A stretch of 64,000 nucleotides of DNA from a virus. This document shows positions 56,680-64,000 of the stretch, piece by piece (position 1 is the stretch's first letter; each line of letters opens with the position of its first letter). The stretch spans positions 14,131-78,130 of the IMG/VR virus record IMGVR_UViG_3300025120_010946; one strand, 5' to 3'. The position numbers and the translations under genes are program-made. Under the pieces are notes generated by a model. The model made no database searches. It was given only the letters and a program-made list of their open reading frames with translations, and was not told where the DNA came from.

Positions 56680-56708
56680 TTGACAAAACTTTACGTTTAC
56701 TATATAAT
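56680..56708 (+). promoter_or_regulatory. Perfect sigma70 promoter TTGACA-17-TATAAT for hli
   Basis: Exact consensus. Confidence 0.8.
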
Positions 56709-56735
56709 ATGTAAAGAAACATTACGGAGTGTATC

Positions 56736-56954
56736 GTGACTGTAACAACCAATGATCGTGGACAGCAAAATCTGTTCGCCAGAGAACCCCAAATGTATAT
56801 CTCACAAACTGATGCGGAACGTTACGGTTATGAGTCATATGCAGAAAAGGCAGAGAAATTGAATGGACGCACTGCTATGCTTGGATTTGTTGCTGCTGTT
56901 GTCTCTTATGCTTTCAGTGGTAGCGTATTTTTCTTTGGCGTCTTCGGATTCTGA
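56736..56954 (+). CDS. hli: High-light-inducible protein
   Basis: AEKLNGRTAMLGF chlorophyll-binding motif; NLFAREP N-terminus. Confidence 0.9.
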   Translation: MTVTTNDRGQQNLFAREPQMYISQTDAERYGYESYAEKAEKLNGRTAMLGFVAAVVSYAFSGSVFFFGVFGF

Positions 56955-56964
56955 TAATTGATAC

Positions 56965-56993
56965 TTGACTTAGTAGCAATAAATCTATATAAT
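56965..56993 (+). promoter_or_regulatory. Sigma70 promoter TTGACT-17-TATAAT for petF
   Basis: 17-nt spacing. Confidence 0.7.
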
Positions 56994-57015
56994 CATTACA
57001 TACGATCCAAAAGCA

Positions 57016-57309
57016 ATGTCCTTTAACGTTACTCTTCGCTCTCCTGACGGCACTGAAATTATTATTCCTGTAGAAGGTGATCAATATGTTTTAGATGCTG
57101 CTGAAGAACAAGGTGTTGATCTACCATATTCATGTCGAGCTGGTGCTTGTTCCTCTTGTGCTGGTAAACTTGTAAGTGGTACACTTGATCAAAGCGATCA
57201 ATCGTTCTTGGATGATGATCAAATTGAGGAGGGATTTGCACTACTCTGTGTTGCATATGCCACCTCTGACTGTGTTATTGAAACTGAACAGGAAGAAAAT
57301 CTTTATTAA
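57016..57309 (+). CDS. petF: Plant-type [2Fe-2S] ferredoxin
   Basis: [13 protein letters not shown]...LLCVA. Confidence 0.97.
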   Translation: MSFNVTLRSPDGTEIIIPVEGDQYVLDAAEEQGVDLPYSCRAGACSSCAGKLVSGTLDQSDQSFLDDDQIEEGFALLCVAYATSDCVIETEQEENLY

Positions 57310-57530
57310 TGGAAAACTCTTTACTTGAAATTCTAACTTATTATGTTATTGGAGGTGCCCTTTTAATAGGTGCCCCAGGCGTATTCTTCTTTATTGCCTT
57401 TATGCCTGCTCTGCAGAATACTAAAGGACGAATGGTTGGATACAAAGATCACAAAGAATACGGTGATATTTCATCTTATGAAAATTCACCATCAGATCAA
57501 AGCAAATTTTATCTTACTTTAGAACAATGA
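57309..57530 (+). CDS. Small single-TM hypothetical protein
   Basis: Hydrophobic segment then MPALQNTKGR. Confidence 0.6.
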   Translation: MENSLLEILTYYVIGGALLIGAPGVFFFIAFMPALQNTKGRMVGYKDHKEYGDISSYENSPSDQSKFYLTLEQ

Positions 57531-57634
57531 ACGAAAACGCAGAACGCATTAATGGTTGGGCAGCAATGATCGGAGTCATTGCAGCAATGGGTAGTTATGC
57601 AACCACAGGACAAATCATCCCAGGTATTTGGTAA
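57527..57634 (+). CDS. hli: High-light-inducible protein (35 aa)
   Basis: AERINGWAAMIG and C-terminal TGQIIPGIW; below the ORF-track cutoff. Confidence 0.92.
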   Translation: MNENAERINGWAAMIGVIAAMGSYATTGQIIPGIW

Positions 57635-57695
57635 TGGGATTTTTAGTAGCAGCACTGCTGTTGCTAGTTCCAATTGGAGCAGCAGCTAGAAACTC

Positions 57696-57839
57696 ATGAG
57701 TATAGAATGGGCACAGACAACTATTTTTTTATTGGCACCCCTATTTTTTATGCTCCTCTTCATAGAAACTAATGAAGATGATGACGGACCACCAGACGGC
57801 GGACTCATGACACCAGTTTATGCACCGCTGCCCTCTTGA
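57696..57839 (+). CDS. Small TM protein with acidic DDDGPPDGGLMTP tail (47 aa)
   Basis: Read by hand; chained by overlaps to hli through a 21-aa hydrophobic ORF at 57634-57699. Confidence 0.55.
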   Translation: MSIEWAQTTIFLLAPLFFMLLFIETNEDDDGPPDGGLMTPVYAPLPS

Positions 57840-57864
57840 CAAAAACTATATACTACACTATTAT
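57836..57864 (+). promoter_or_regulatory. Sigma70 promoter TTGACA-17-TATTAT
   Basis: 17-nt spacing. Confidence 0.6.
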
Positions 57865-57890
57865 TGGAGCACAGCGTTGCTCCTTTTTTA

Positions 57891-58118
57891 ATGACTGAAA
57901 AATTGGATGACTGGCGTTACAACAATCAAAAAATGAAGGTGCGAGAGCAGGCATTAAAGATTTTGCTTGCAAAATATGGTGGACAAATGGAGGGGGTAGT
58001 TCCTAAATATTCATCACAATCAATCTATGAGTGTGCTCACGACTGGGTGTCCCAAGGCAACATGCACACTGCTGGTATCGTCCAATATTACAAGGCTTAT
58101 TATGCAAAAACTAATTAA
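57891..58118 (+). CDS. Hypothetical protein
   Basis: DDWRY...IYECAHDWVSQG. Confidence 0.6.
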   Translation: MTEKLDDWRYNNQKMKVREQALKILLAKYGGQMEGVVPKYSSQSIYECAHDWVSQGNMHTAGIVQYYKAYYAKTN

Positions 58119-58356
58119 CATTTTAGCAGTTCTATCATTCGTTGGAACTGCTGGTATCGTCGGAGGCGGTACTGCACTATATCTCAATAAGGATTCTATT
58201 GTTGAGAATGTCAAATCTCAAGTTGCATCTGCTGCTGCAGAAGCAATTGCTGGACAACTTCCTGGAATGATGGATTCTGCAATGCCAGAACTTCCTTCCG
58301 CTACTGGTGGTGCTCAACCACTTCCCACAACTACTGGATCTGCTCTACCTTTCTGA
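58102..58356 (+). CDS. N-terminally anchored membrane protein with Pro-rich tail
   Basis: MQKLINILAVLSFVG..., AMPELPSATGG. Confidence 0.65.
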   Translation: MQKLINILAVLSFVGTAGIVGGGTALYLNKDSIVENVKSQVASAAAEAIAGQLPGMMDSAMPELPSATGGAQPLPTTTGSALPF

Positions 58357-58357
58357 T

Positions 58358-59032
58358 ATGAAAAAAATTATTATGACTTTGATGGCAGCATGTCTTGCTG
58401 CTCCTGTAATGGCAGATCCTATTGGAAAGGATGATTACTATTCTAGCCATTCTATGGGTTGTATGCTTCTTCAGGAATGCACTGATGATGTGACTGAAGT
58501 GAATTCTTTGTTAGATGTTTCTTCAAATTATGATAACCCTGGAGCATTTACTTCAGTGGCACAAGAGTTTAATCATATGCTCGCTTCACTAAGTGAAGTT
58601 GGTGTGGGTGTATATCTTGCTGATGAGAAGTATTTTCCAGTAGGAAATCGTGGTGTCTATCATACTGTAAGTAATAACTTCTATTTAAATAAGACATTCA
58701 TGGGTCGCCCTCATGTCTTAATGAGTGTGATGCGTCATGAAGGATGGCACGCTGCACAGGATTGTATGGCAGGAACAATTGATAACAATTTGATTGCTCT
58801 TATTCTGCCAGAAGATAGTGTCCCTGAGATGTGGCAAGAGATGGTACGCAGGACATATGCATTACAACCAGGAGCAATTCCGTGGGAGAAGGAAGCGATG
58901 TGGGCAGGTAAGACTGAACACATGACTATGAATGCATTGAATGCTTGTGCTGCTGGACAGATGTGGAATGAATACGAACCAACTCCTTTAACCAGAGAGT
59001 ATCTAATTAAAGAGGGTTATATTTCTAAATAA
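58358..59032 (+). CDS. Exported zinc metallopeptidase-like protein
   Basis: Signal peptide MKKIIMTLMAACLAAPVMA, HEGWH, downstream EKEA. Confidence 0.65.
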   Translation: MKKIIMTLMAACLAAPVMADPIGKDDYYSSHSMGCMLLQECTDDVTEVNSLLDVSSNYDNPGAFTSVAQEFNHMLASLSEVGVGVYLADEKYFPVGNRGVYHTVSNNFYLNKTFMGRPHVLMSVMRHEGWHAAQDCMAGTIDNNLIALILPEDSVPEMWQEMVRRTYALQPGAIPWEKEAMWAGKTEHMTMNALNACAAGQMWNEYEPTPLTREYLIKEGYISK

Positions 59033-59053
59033 AGGTGCGTTGCTCCATATGGA

Positions 59054-59527
59054 ATGCCTGACGAAATTAAAAAGGAAGAACCTAAAAAGGAAGATCTAAA
59101 AAAGAAAGGTGTATTGGGAAAGTTGAAAGAAAAAGTAGGAGATTCTGAGGATAACCTTGTCATTCTTTCAACCTTTGTTCGTTTAGGAATTCTTGTATGG
59201 TCTGGTGGTATTCTTACTCTGAACTATGTAACAGTTCCTGGATTACCCCAACAAAAAATTGATCCTACTTTTATCGCAAGTGTCTTTACCGGAGTGCTTG
59301 CGACTTTTGGTGTTCAGACTGCAAAGAAATCTGGTGATGGCACTATGAAGATGCAGAATGGTGGTGCTGCAGCTGCCGGTGCTGGTGGTGGAATCACGAA
59401 AGCGGATCTTGAAAGATTAATTGCTGCTGCATCCCAAACCGCACCAGCTCAGACTATTAGAGTCGAGCAAGCACCCCTTAAAATTACAACTGATGCTCCC
59501 AAAAACGATGAAAAATATACAATGTAA
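59054..59527 (+). CDS. Two-TM membrane protein
   Basis: Two hydrophobic helices, DPTFIASVFTG; TAAATA at 59026. Confidence 0.65.
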   Translation: MPDEIKKEEPKKEDLKKKGVLGKLKEKVGDSEDNLVILSTFVRLGILVWSGGILTLNYVTVPGLPQQKIDPTFIASVFTGVLATFGVQTAKKSGDGTMKMQNGGAAAAGAGGGITKADLERLIAAASQTAPAQTIRVEQAPLKITTDAPKNDEKYTM

Positions 59528-59594
59528 TCTAAGTTATGAAGTCAAAACAAACCCCATTTTAACAAATACTACCTATAATAGATAGAGTAGTTGC

Positions 59595-59945
59595 ATGAAC
59601 CAAATGAAATTTATTAGCGCAATAATTGTTGCCACACTTGCATCCTTGATTTTATTCTTACCTGGAATTGCATATGCTGTAGATGTATCAATGGGTGCTA
59701 ATGGTAACCTAGTATTTGAACCGAATGAGATCACAATCTCTGCAGGTGACACAGTTCATTTCATGAATGAATCACTACCTCCCCATAATATTATTGTAGA
59801 AGCTCGCCCCGATCTTTCTAGAGAAGCATTATTGTTTGCTCCTGGAGAATCGCAGGATGTTGTATTTGCTGATACAGGAGACTATAACTTTTTCTGTGGT
59901 CCTCATCAGAGTGCAGGTATGACTGGCGTTGTACACGTAAATTGA
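59595..59945 (+). CDS. petE: Plastocyanin
   Basis: Signal peptide (AYA), Cu ligands PHN...CGPH...GM. Confidence 0.95.
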   Translation: MNQMKFISAIIVATLASLILFLPGIAYAVDVSMGANGNLVFEPNEITISAGDTVHFMNESLPPHNIIVEARPDLSREALLFAPGESQDVVFADTGDYNFFCGPHQSAGMTGVVHVN

Positions 59946-59955
59946 GTTAATTAAA

Positions 59956-60429
59956 ATGAAAGTTGGATTGATTGGTTTAGGTCGTACTGGTGAAGGTATG
60001 TCCCGCCGTATGATCGAAAAGGGAATTGAAGTTTGGGGTTATAGTAGTACTAACTATGAGAATGCCTGCGGACAATATGAAGCAGGATATCTTAGTGGGT
60101 GTGTAACTTCACTAGAGTATCTTGTCCGAGCAGTTAAAACTGATAATAAAAAATTTATTAGTGCTGGTTGGATTCCTGGAATCTTTCAGATTACACTCCC
60201 AGAGCAAAAAGCAGAAGACATTCTTGATGAGTTGCTACCTTTACTTGAGGAGGGTGATATTATTATTGATCATAGCACCAGTGACATAAAGAAATGTCAG
60301 GAACTTGAGAAGTATTGCTCTAAGTTGGGCATATCTTATATCTTTTCTGGTGTATATGGATCACCTTATGTTATTGATGTTTGCTCCAAAATTTTTCAAT
60401 CACTATCACCAGGTAATATCAAATGTTAA
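59956..60429 (+). CDS. Truncated 6-phosphogluconate dehydrogenase-like Rossmann domain
   Basis: MKVGLIGLGRTG, GDIIIDH; only 157 aa, no helical catalytic domain. Confidence 0.7.
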   Translation: MKVGLIGLGRTGEGMSRRMIEKGIEVWGYSSTNYENACGQYEAGYLSGCVTSLEYLVRAVKTDNKKFISAGWIPGIFQITLPEQKAEDILDELLPLLEEGDIIIDHSTSDIKKCQELEKYCSKLGISYIFSGVYGSPYVIDVCSKIFQSLSPGNIKC

Positions 60430-60551
60430 GTACTGTCTTACTGTGGATATCAGTTCCATTTGTGCTTCTTACTATAACCTTTGGACTTTATAGGGGCGAA
60501 AATTTTTACTACGAAAGTAACAAGTATGATGGAAATGGAACCGCGCATTAA
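60423..60551 (+). CDS. ndhP: NdhP-like NDH-1 small subunit (42 aa)
   Basis: One TM helix then GENFYYESNKYDGNGTAH, matching the NdhP C-terminal FYxxxxYxGNGxAH pattern; absent from the ORF track. Confidence 0.75.
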   Translation: MLSTVLLWISVPFVLLTITFGLYRGENFYYESNKYDGNGTAH

Positions 60552-60744
60552 AGGACGTTATGATTTTGCTATGAGTGCATTCGCTAGAATGTATGGGGTG
60601 AGTCATGTTAGTAGTAATAAAGAGATTTTAAAATTTTGTAAGAAATGGGCTAACACTGAAGAAGAACCTATTCCCACAGGAACTTTAACTTCAGTAGATT
60701 TTTACTTTAGAGATCATTGGGGAATCTGGGGAGGATATGTATGA
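60526..60744 (+). CDS. Hypothetical protein
   Basis: RYDFAMSAFARMYG; start uncertain (60526-60535). Confidence 0.55.
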   Translation: MMEMEPRIKGRYDFAMSAFARMYGVSHVSSNKEILKFCKKWANTEEEPIPTGTLTSVDFYFRDHWGIWGGYV

Positions 60745-60899
60745 CTCACATTGCACACAAAGCAGCACACTTCGCTGCTATCACACTCAATAATCCTTTT
60801 GGGATTGGTTCACTAAGTCTTGCATTAGTTGTTGTACCTATTATTGGTATGCATTATGTTCACAAATATGGGTGGCAACATTGGGCACCTTTTGAATAA
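60741..60899 (+). CDS. Small TM hypothetical protein
   Basis: Hydrophobic helix then VHKYGWQHWAPF. Confidence 0.55.
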   Translation: MTHIAHKAAHFAAITLNNPFGIGSLSLALVVVPIIGMHYVHKYGWQHWAPFE

Positions 60900-60906
60900 T
60901 TAATTT

Positions 60907-61392
60907 ATGATACAAATATATGATGAGTTTTTTCCTAGAGAACTTCAGGAAGAAATATTGAATAAATTAATGGAACCGCATTGGCATCTTAGAGGTGGTA
61001 ATGATCACAATTTATTTTGGCATTATGATCATCTTGATCAACAAGAATATTTTAATGAGTTTCTTTATAAAAAGATATGTGCTAAACTAGATATAAAGTT
61101 TAGTGGTATTAGTAGAATATATGCTAATGGGCAAACCGCTTGTCAGGGTGGTACTCCTCATCAAGATAATGATGCTGACATGACTTTTTTATATTATCCA
61201 TCATTACATTGGCAACCTGTTATGGGTGGGCATTTAATGTTTTTGGATAATGATGGATTTGAAGATAGAATCGTTCAGCATAAAGCAAATAGATCTGTTT
61301 TATTTCCTGGAAAGTTGTGGCACTATGCATCTGCTCCATCTAGATTTTACGTTGGATTAAGAATTTCATTAGCATATAAACTATGGTTGTAA
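60907..61392 (+). CDS. 2OG-Fe(II) oxygenase
   Basis: HQD, GGHLMF, WH, RISLA. Confidence 0.8.
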   Translation: MIQIYDEFFPRELQEEILNKLMEPHWHLRGGNDHNLFWHYDHLDQQEYFNEFLYKKICAKLDIKFSGISRIYANGQTACQGGTPHQDNDADMTFLYYPSLHWQPVMGGHLMFLDNDGFEDRIVQHKANRSVLFPGKLWHYASAPSRFYVGLRISLAYKLWL

Positions 61393-61396
61393 TATT

Positions 61397-62032
61397 ATGA
61401 ATGAAAAATATAAAGCAACTTTACGTGATGCTCCGTTTCCTCATCTAATTGTTGAAAACTTTTATAATGAGGAGGAACTATCTTTAATATGGGAAGAACT
61501 TAACTTTTATACTAAACCAGGAAAATTACTTCCAGCGACAAACTATGGTGGGTTGCAAGATAAAACAAATGCATCCGCATTGTGGTTAGATTCTGTCTAC
61601 AGGCGTGACATGGATTACAGTGTGTTGTCTAACATTCTTAAAGTTAATCGTAAAGTCTATAGTAATGAACTAATAGAAAGTTTATCTCAATCTCATATTT
61701 CTTGTAGAATATTTACTAAAAATAATTCTGACACAACAAAGATAAGATATTATCATGATGGTGAATACTATGAACCTCATACTGATGCAGCATCTGTTTT
61801 TCTAGCTTTTACATATTTTTATAAAGAACCTAAAAAATTTACTGGTGGTGAACTTTATTTTCCCCCATATGATTATGAATTTTCTTGCCCCAATAATTCT
61901 CTTATCATCATTCCTGCTTACGTTGAGCATGGAGTAAAGAAAGTTAAAATTAAAGGTTCTGATTATTTTGATGGTTGTGGTAGATATTGTATATCACAAT
62001 TTGCTAGTATAAATCCAAATCCCGAAAGATAA
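61397..62032 (+). CDS. 2OG-Fe(II) oxygenase (prolyl hydroxylase-like)
   Basis: HTD, FTGGELYF, HGV, RYCI. Confidence 0.85.
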   Translation: MNEKYKATLRDAPFPHLIVENFYNEEELSLIWEELNFYTKPGKLLPATNYGGLQDKTNASALWLDSVYRRDMDYSVLSNILKVNRKVYSNELIESLSQSHISCRIFTKNNSDTTKIRYYHDGEYYEPHTDAASVFLAFTYFYKEPKKFTGGELYFPPYDYEFSCPNNSLIIIPAYVEHGVKKVKIKGSDYFDGCGRYCISQFASINPNPER

Positions 62033-62239
62033 ATGAACCTTATACTCAAACCTCTTGATAATCCAAATGATCCTGTATGGTCTGTGATCATTATGGTAAT
62101 CCTTGCTCTTGCTATGACAGTCTATGTTGTCATATACATATTAGGAATTGATGAACGTGAGGAACATGGGAGCACTGACACCACCAAGCAGGAAGAGTTG
62201 CTACAACTTCCGAGTGACGGAGATCAACCGTGTTCTTGA
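62033..62239 (+). CDS. Small single-TM hypothetical protein
   Basis: NDPVWSVII hydrophobic helix. Confidence 0.55.
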   Translation: MNLILKPLDNPNDPVWSVIIMVILALAMTVYVVIYILGIDEREEHGSTDTTKQEELLQLPSDGDQPCS

Positions 62240-62624
62240 CGGCGATACTATTGATGTCACCATTGATCTTGGGTTTGATTTATACAAGAAAGAAAGAGTT
62301 AGAGTTGCAGGAGTTGATACGCCAGAGAAAAGGACGAGAAACCTAGAGGAGAAAGCACTTGGAATCGAAGCAACTAACTGGCTCAAAGAGAAATTGGAAG
62401 GTACGTTGGCTGGTGATGATGAGTTGTCTGTTAGGACTGAACTTGTTGGTGGCGTCGGTAAATATGGGCGTCTTCTTGGGTGGCTTTACATTGGGGACGC
62501 AGATGTGTCCCTCAACGAGCAAATGATCGAGGAGGGTTATGCTCATGCCTACGACGGAGGAACAAAAAATATGGATCTCGAAGCACTCAGGGAAATCAGA
62601 AGAGCACACGGTACATTGGTGTAG
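62166..62624 (+). CDS. Thermonuclease (SNase) family nuclease
   Basis: VLDGDTI, RVAGVDTPE, GKYGRLLG, NEQMIEEG. Confidence 0.88.
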   Translation: MGALTPPSRKSCYNFRVTEINRVLDGDTIDVTIDLGFDLYKKERVRVAGVDTPEKRTRNLEEKALGIEATNWLKEKLEGTLAGDDELSVRTELVGGVGKYGRLLGWLYIGDADVSLNEQMIEEGYAHAYDGGTKNMDLEALREIRRAHGTLV

Positions 62625-62716
62625 AAGTGCTGTCTGTGGATCTACCCCCTTTATCCCAGACTCTGAATTTGGTGGGGAAAACTGCGAATTAACTTGTAAC
62701 ATAACAAAGGATTAAA

Positions 62717-62920
62717 ATGAGAAGAGAAATGTTAGAGGCTCTCAAGGCACTTGCTATTGGGAATATTAAAAAAGCAAAGATGAACATTGAAGTTTATCTT
62801 GTTAACCCTGTTGGTATTGGTGAGCATCCAGATGTTTTGGGTGCCATTCAAGATCAAATTGATTTAATTGCAAAAGAAGAAGAACGAATTGAAGTTATTA
62901 ATAAATATTTTGAAGACTAA
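62717..62920 (+). CDS. Conserved hypothetical protein
   Basis: NPVGIGEHPD. Confidence 0.7.
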   Translation: MRREMLEALKALAIGNIKKAKMNIEVYLVNPVGIGEHPDVLGAIQDQIDLIAKEEERIEVINKYFED

Positions 62921-62928
62921 TTAAAGAC

Positions 62929-63126
62929 ATGGCTTTTCACATCAAAAAAACTAGTTTAAGTAAAGAAATTTTCTATAAAGGTGATACAGTATGGACTGAC
63001 AATTACGCCGATAGAAAGTCTTATGCATCAAACTCTCTTGCCCAAGCTGATATTGACGAGTTGTCATCTCCATTAATTAAAAACTTAGCACGTCCAAAGG
63101 TGACTGGTACTATTGTTGAGGAATAA
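62929..63126 (+). CDS. Hypothetical protein
   Basis: 65 aa, FHIKK...YKGD..WT. Confidence 0.6.
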   Translation: MAFHIKKTSLSKEIFYKGDTVWTDNYADRKSYASNSLAQADIDELSSPLIKNLARPKVTGTIVEE

Positions 63127-63132
63127 AGATTA

Positions 63133-63936
63133 GTGGATATCCCTGAAATCTATATTCCCGATATGAGAATTCGTATCAGTGATATTCGTGATTTAAATAT
63201 TAATGTAATGCCTGATTGGATGAAAGATCCTCCACAGGCAATTCCAATTTACCCACCCGTGTCTACACAGGTGGGTGTTCCTATTGTTAATATCCCTGGA
63301 TGTGTTGAGTCTCATAAAGATAGTAGTGAGAATCAAACACTCAAAGAAGAAGATAGAGATGGCGTCCAGGTATTCTGTGATGCAGGAACACCCAGTTATA
63401 GTCCATTAAATTATGATCCACGTAGGTTGACTATAACTACAGAGTCTCCTCCACCCCCACCATATAAACCACCCGATACAAAACCACCAGAAACACCTGA
63501 CTCAGAAACACCTCCACCACCTCCTGCAAAGGCAGAGTGTCCTAGTAGAGCACAAGAATTAAAAAACCCCGTAGGAAAGATCCTAGAGGGCAATAAAAAG
63601 ATTATTAGGTATGAGACAGTAGGAAAAGAATGTCTTCCTGTATTTGATAATTTAAATATACCTGATCAGATTGTCCAGAACATACCATCAGCAGGTATGA
63701 TAACTGTTACCGCCTCAATTGCTGTAGTCGCGACGACTTCTGCACTGCTTGCAAAGCCTCTTGCTGATCTTTTGTTAAAGGTTGTGAAACCTGTGACGAA
63801 GAAGGTAATAAAGAAGATTGCTGCCTTAAGGGGTAAGACGCCCCCGGTACTGTCCGAGTCTGAGAGGAAGGCAGCACAACGGGATCGGAACCGGGCGATA
63901 AAGGTCTTACGTTCGGCACTGAAACCGAAGGGATAG
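63133..63936 (+). CDS. Pro-rich protein with C-terminal TM segment and basic tail
   Basis: NIPGCVESH, poly-Pro linker, hydrophobic segment, basic C-terminus. Confidence 0.65.
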   Translation: MDIPEIYIPDMRIRISDIRDLNINVMPDWMKDPPQAIPIYPPVSTQVGVPIVNIPGCVESHKDSSENQTLKEEDRDGVQVFCDAGTPSYSPLNYDPRRLTITTESPPPPPYKPPDTKPPETPDSETPPPPPAKAECPSRAQELKNPVGKILEGNKKIIRYETVGKECLPVFDNLNIPDQIVQNIPSAGMITVTASIAVVATTSALLAKPLADLLLKVVKPVTKKVIKKIAALRGKTPPVLSESERKAAQRDRNRAIKVLRSALKPKG

Positions 63937-64000
63937 TGTGACGATGTTGCTTAACAGTATTAACATTTTGTACTACAACGTCTGCACATATTTTATAATA
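63707..64000 (-). CDS. 3' end of a minus-strand gene entering from outside the window
   Basis: Frame open from 64000: YYKICADVVVQNVNTVKQHRHTIP...; stop at 63707. Confidence 0.55.
   Translation of the reverse strand, partial: YYKICADVVVQNVNTVKQHRHTIPSVSVPNVRPLSPGSDPVVLPSSQTRTVPGASYPLRQQSSLLPSSSQVSQPLTKDQQEALQAVQKSSRLQQLRR

Noticed and set aside
56690-56725. NtcA or RpaB (HLR1) site at the hli promoter
   Set aside because: GTA-N9-TAC has the wrong spacing for NtcA and only one good HLR1 half-site is present
63445-63525. C-rich tandem repeat
   Set aside because: Explained by the poly-proline linker codons
1-64000. Numerous minus-strand and alternative-frame ORFs in the track (e.g. 9859-10329, 26352-26921, 16409-16816)
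   Set aside because: They are shadows of well-supported + strand genes, with no motifs or ribosome-binding sites
1-64000. CRISPR array, integrase, transposase, reverse transcriptase or diversity-generating retroelement
   Set aside because: No regularly spaced repeats and no catalytic motifs for these enzymes were seen

Overview
A 64 kb, AT-rich, almost entirely + strand segment of a T4-like marine cyanomyovirus (Kyanoviridae-type; host probably Synechococcus or Prochlorococcus, inferred from petE, petF, hli, ndhP-like genes and tRNAs). 1-34.4 kb is the conserved T4-like core: gp3, uvsY, uvsW, gp55, gp47/gp46, a vWA-peptidase plus MoxR/CobS-like AAA+ pair, gp45/gp44/gp62, dam, regA, hsp20, gp43, uvsX, gp41, mazG, a late block with a HIGH-family nucleotidyltransferase and likely virion proteins, gp61, nrdA and nrdB. 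34.4-38 kb holds a GIY-YIG nuclease, six tRNAs (Arg-UCU, Gly-UCC, Asn-GUU, Val-UAC, Ile-UAU, CAU), small ORFs and an unexplained structured RNA. 38-55.9 kb is a translationally coupled 20-gene glycan island: 4 SDR epimerases, an Fe-S/PMP C3-dehydratase, Ugd, 8-9 glycosyltransferases including four GT11-like, 3 methyltransferases and NadE. 56-64 kb is an auxiliary photosynthesis/envelope region: an outer-membrane beta-barrel, two HLIPs, ferredoxin, plastocyanin, a truncated Gnd-like protein, an NdhP-like micro-ORF absent from the ORF track, 2OG-Fe(II) oxygenases and a thermonuclease. The best candidates for undescribed biology are the late-promoter-fed cytoplasmic glycosylation system (possibly using phage ferredoxin and its own NAD+ synthetase), capsid-targeted cargo proteins, and several non-coding RNA or translational-control elements. 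All calls come from motif recognition by eye; no database searches were run.
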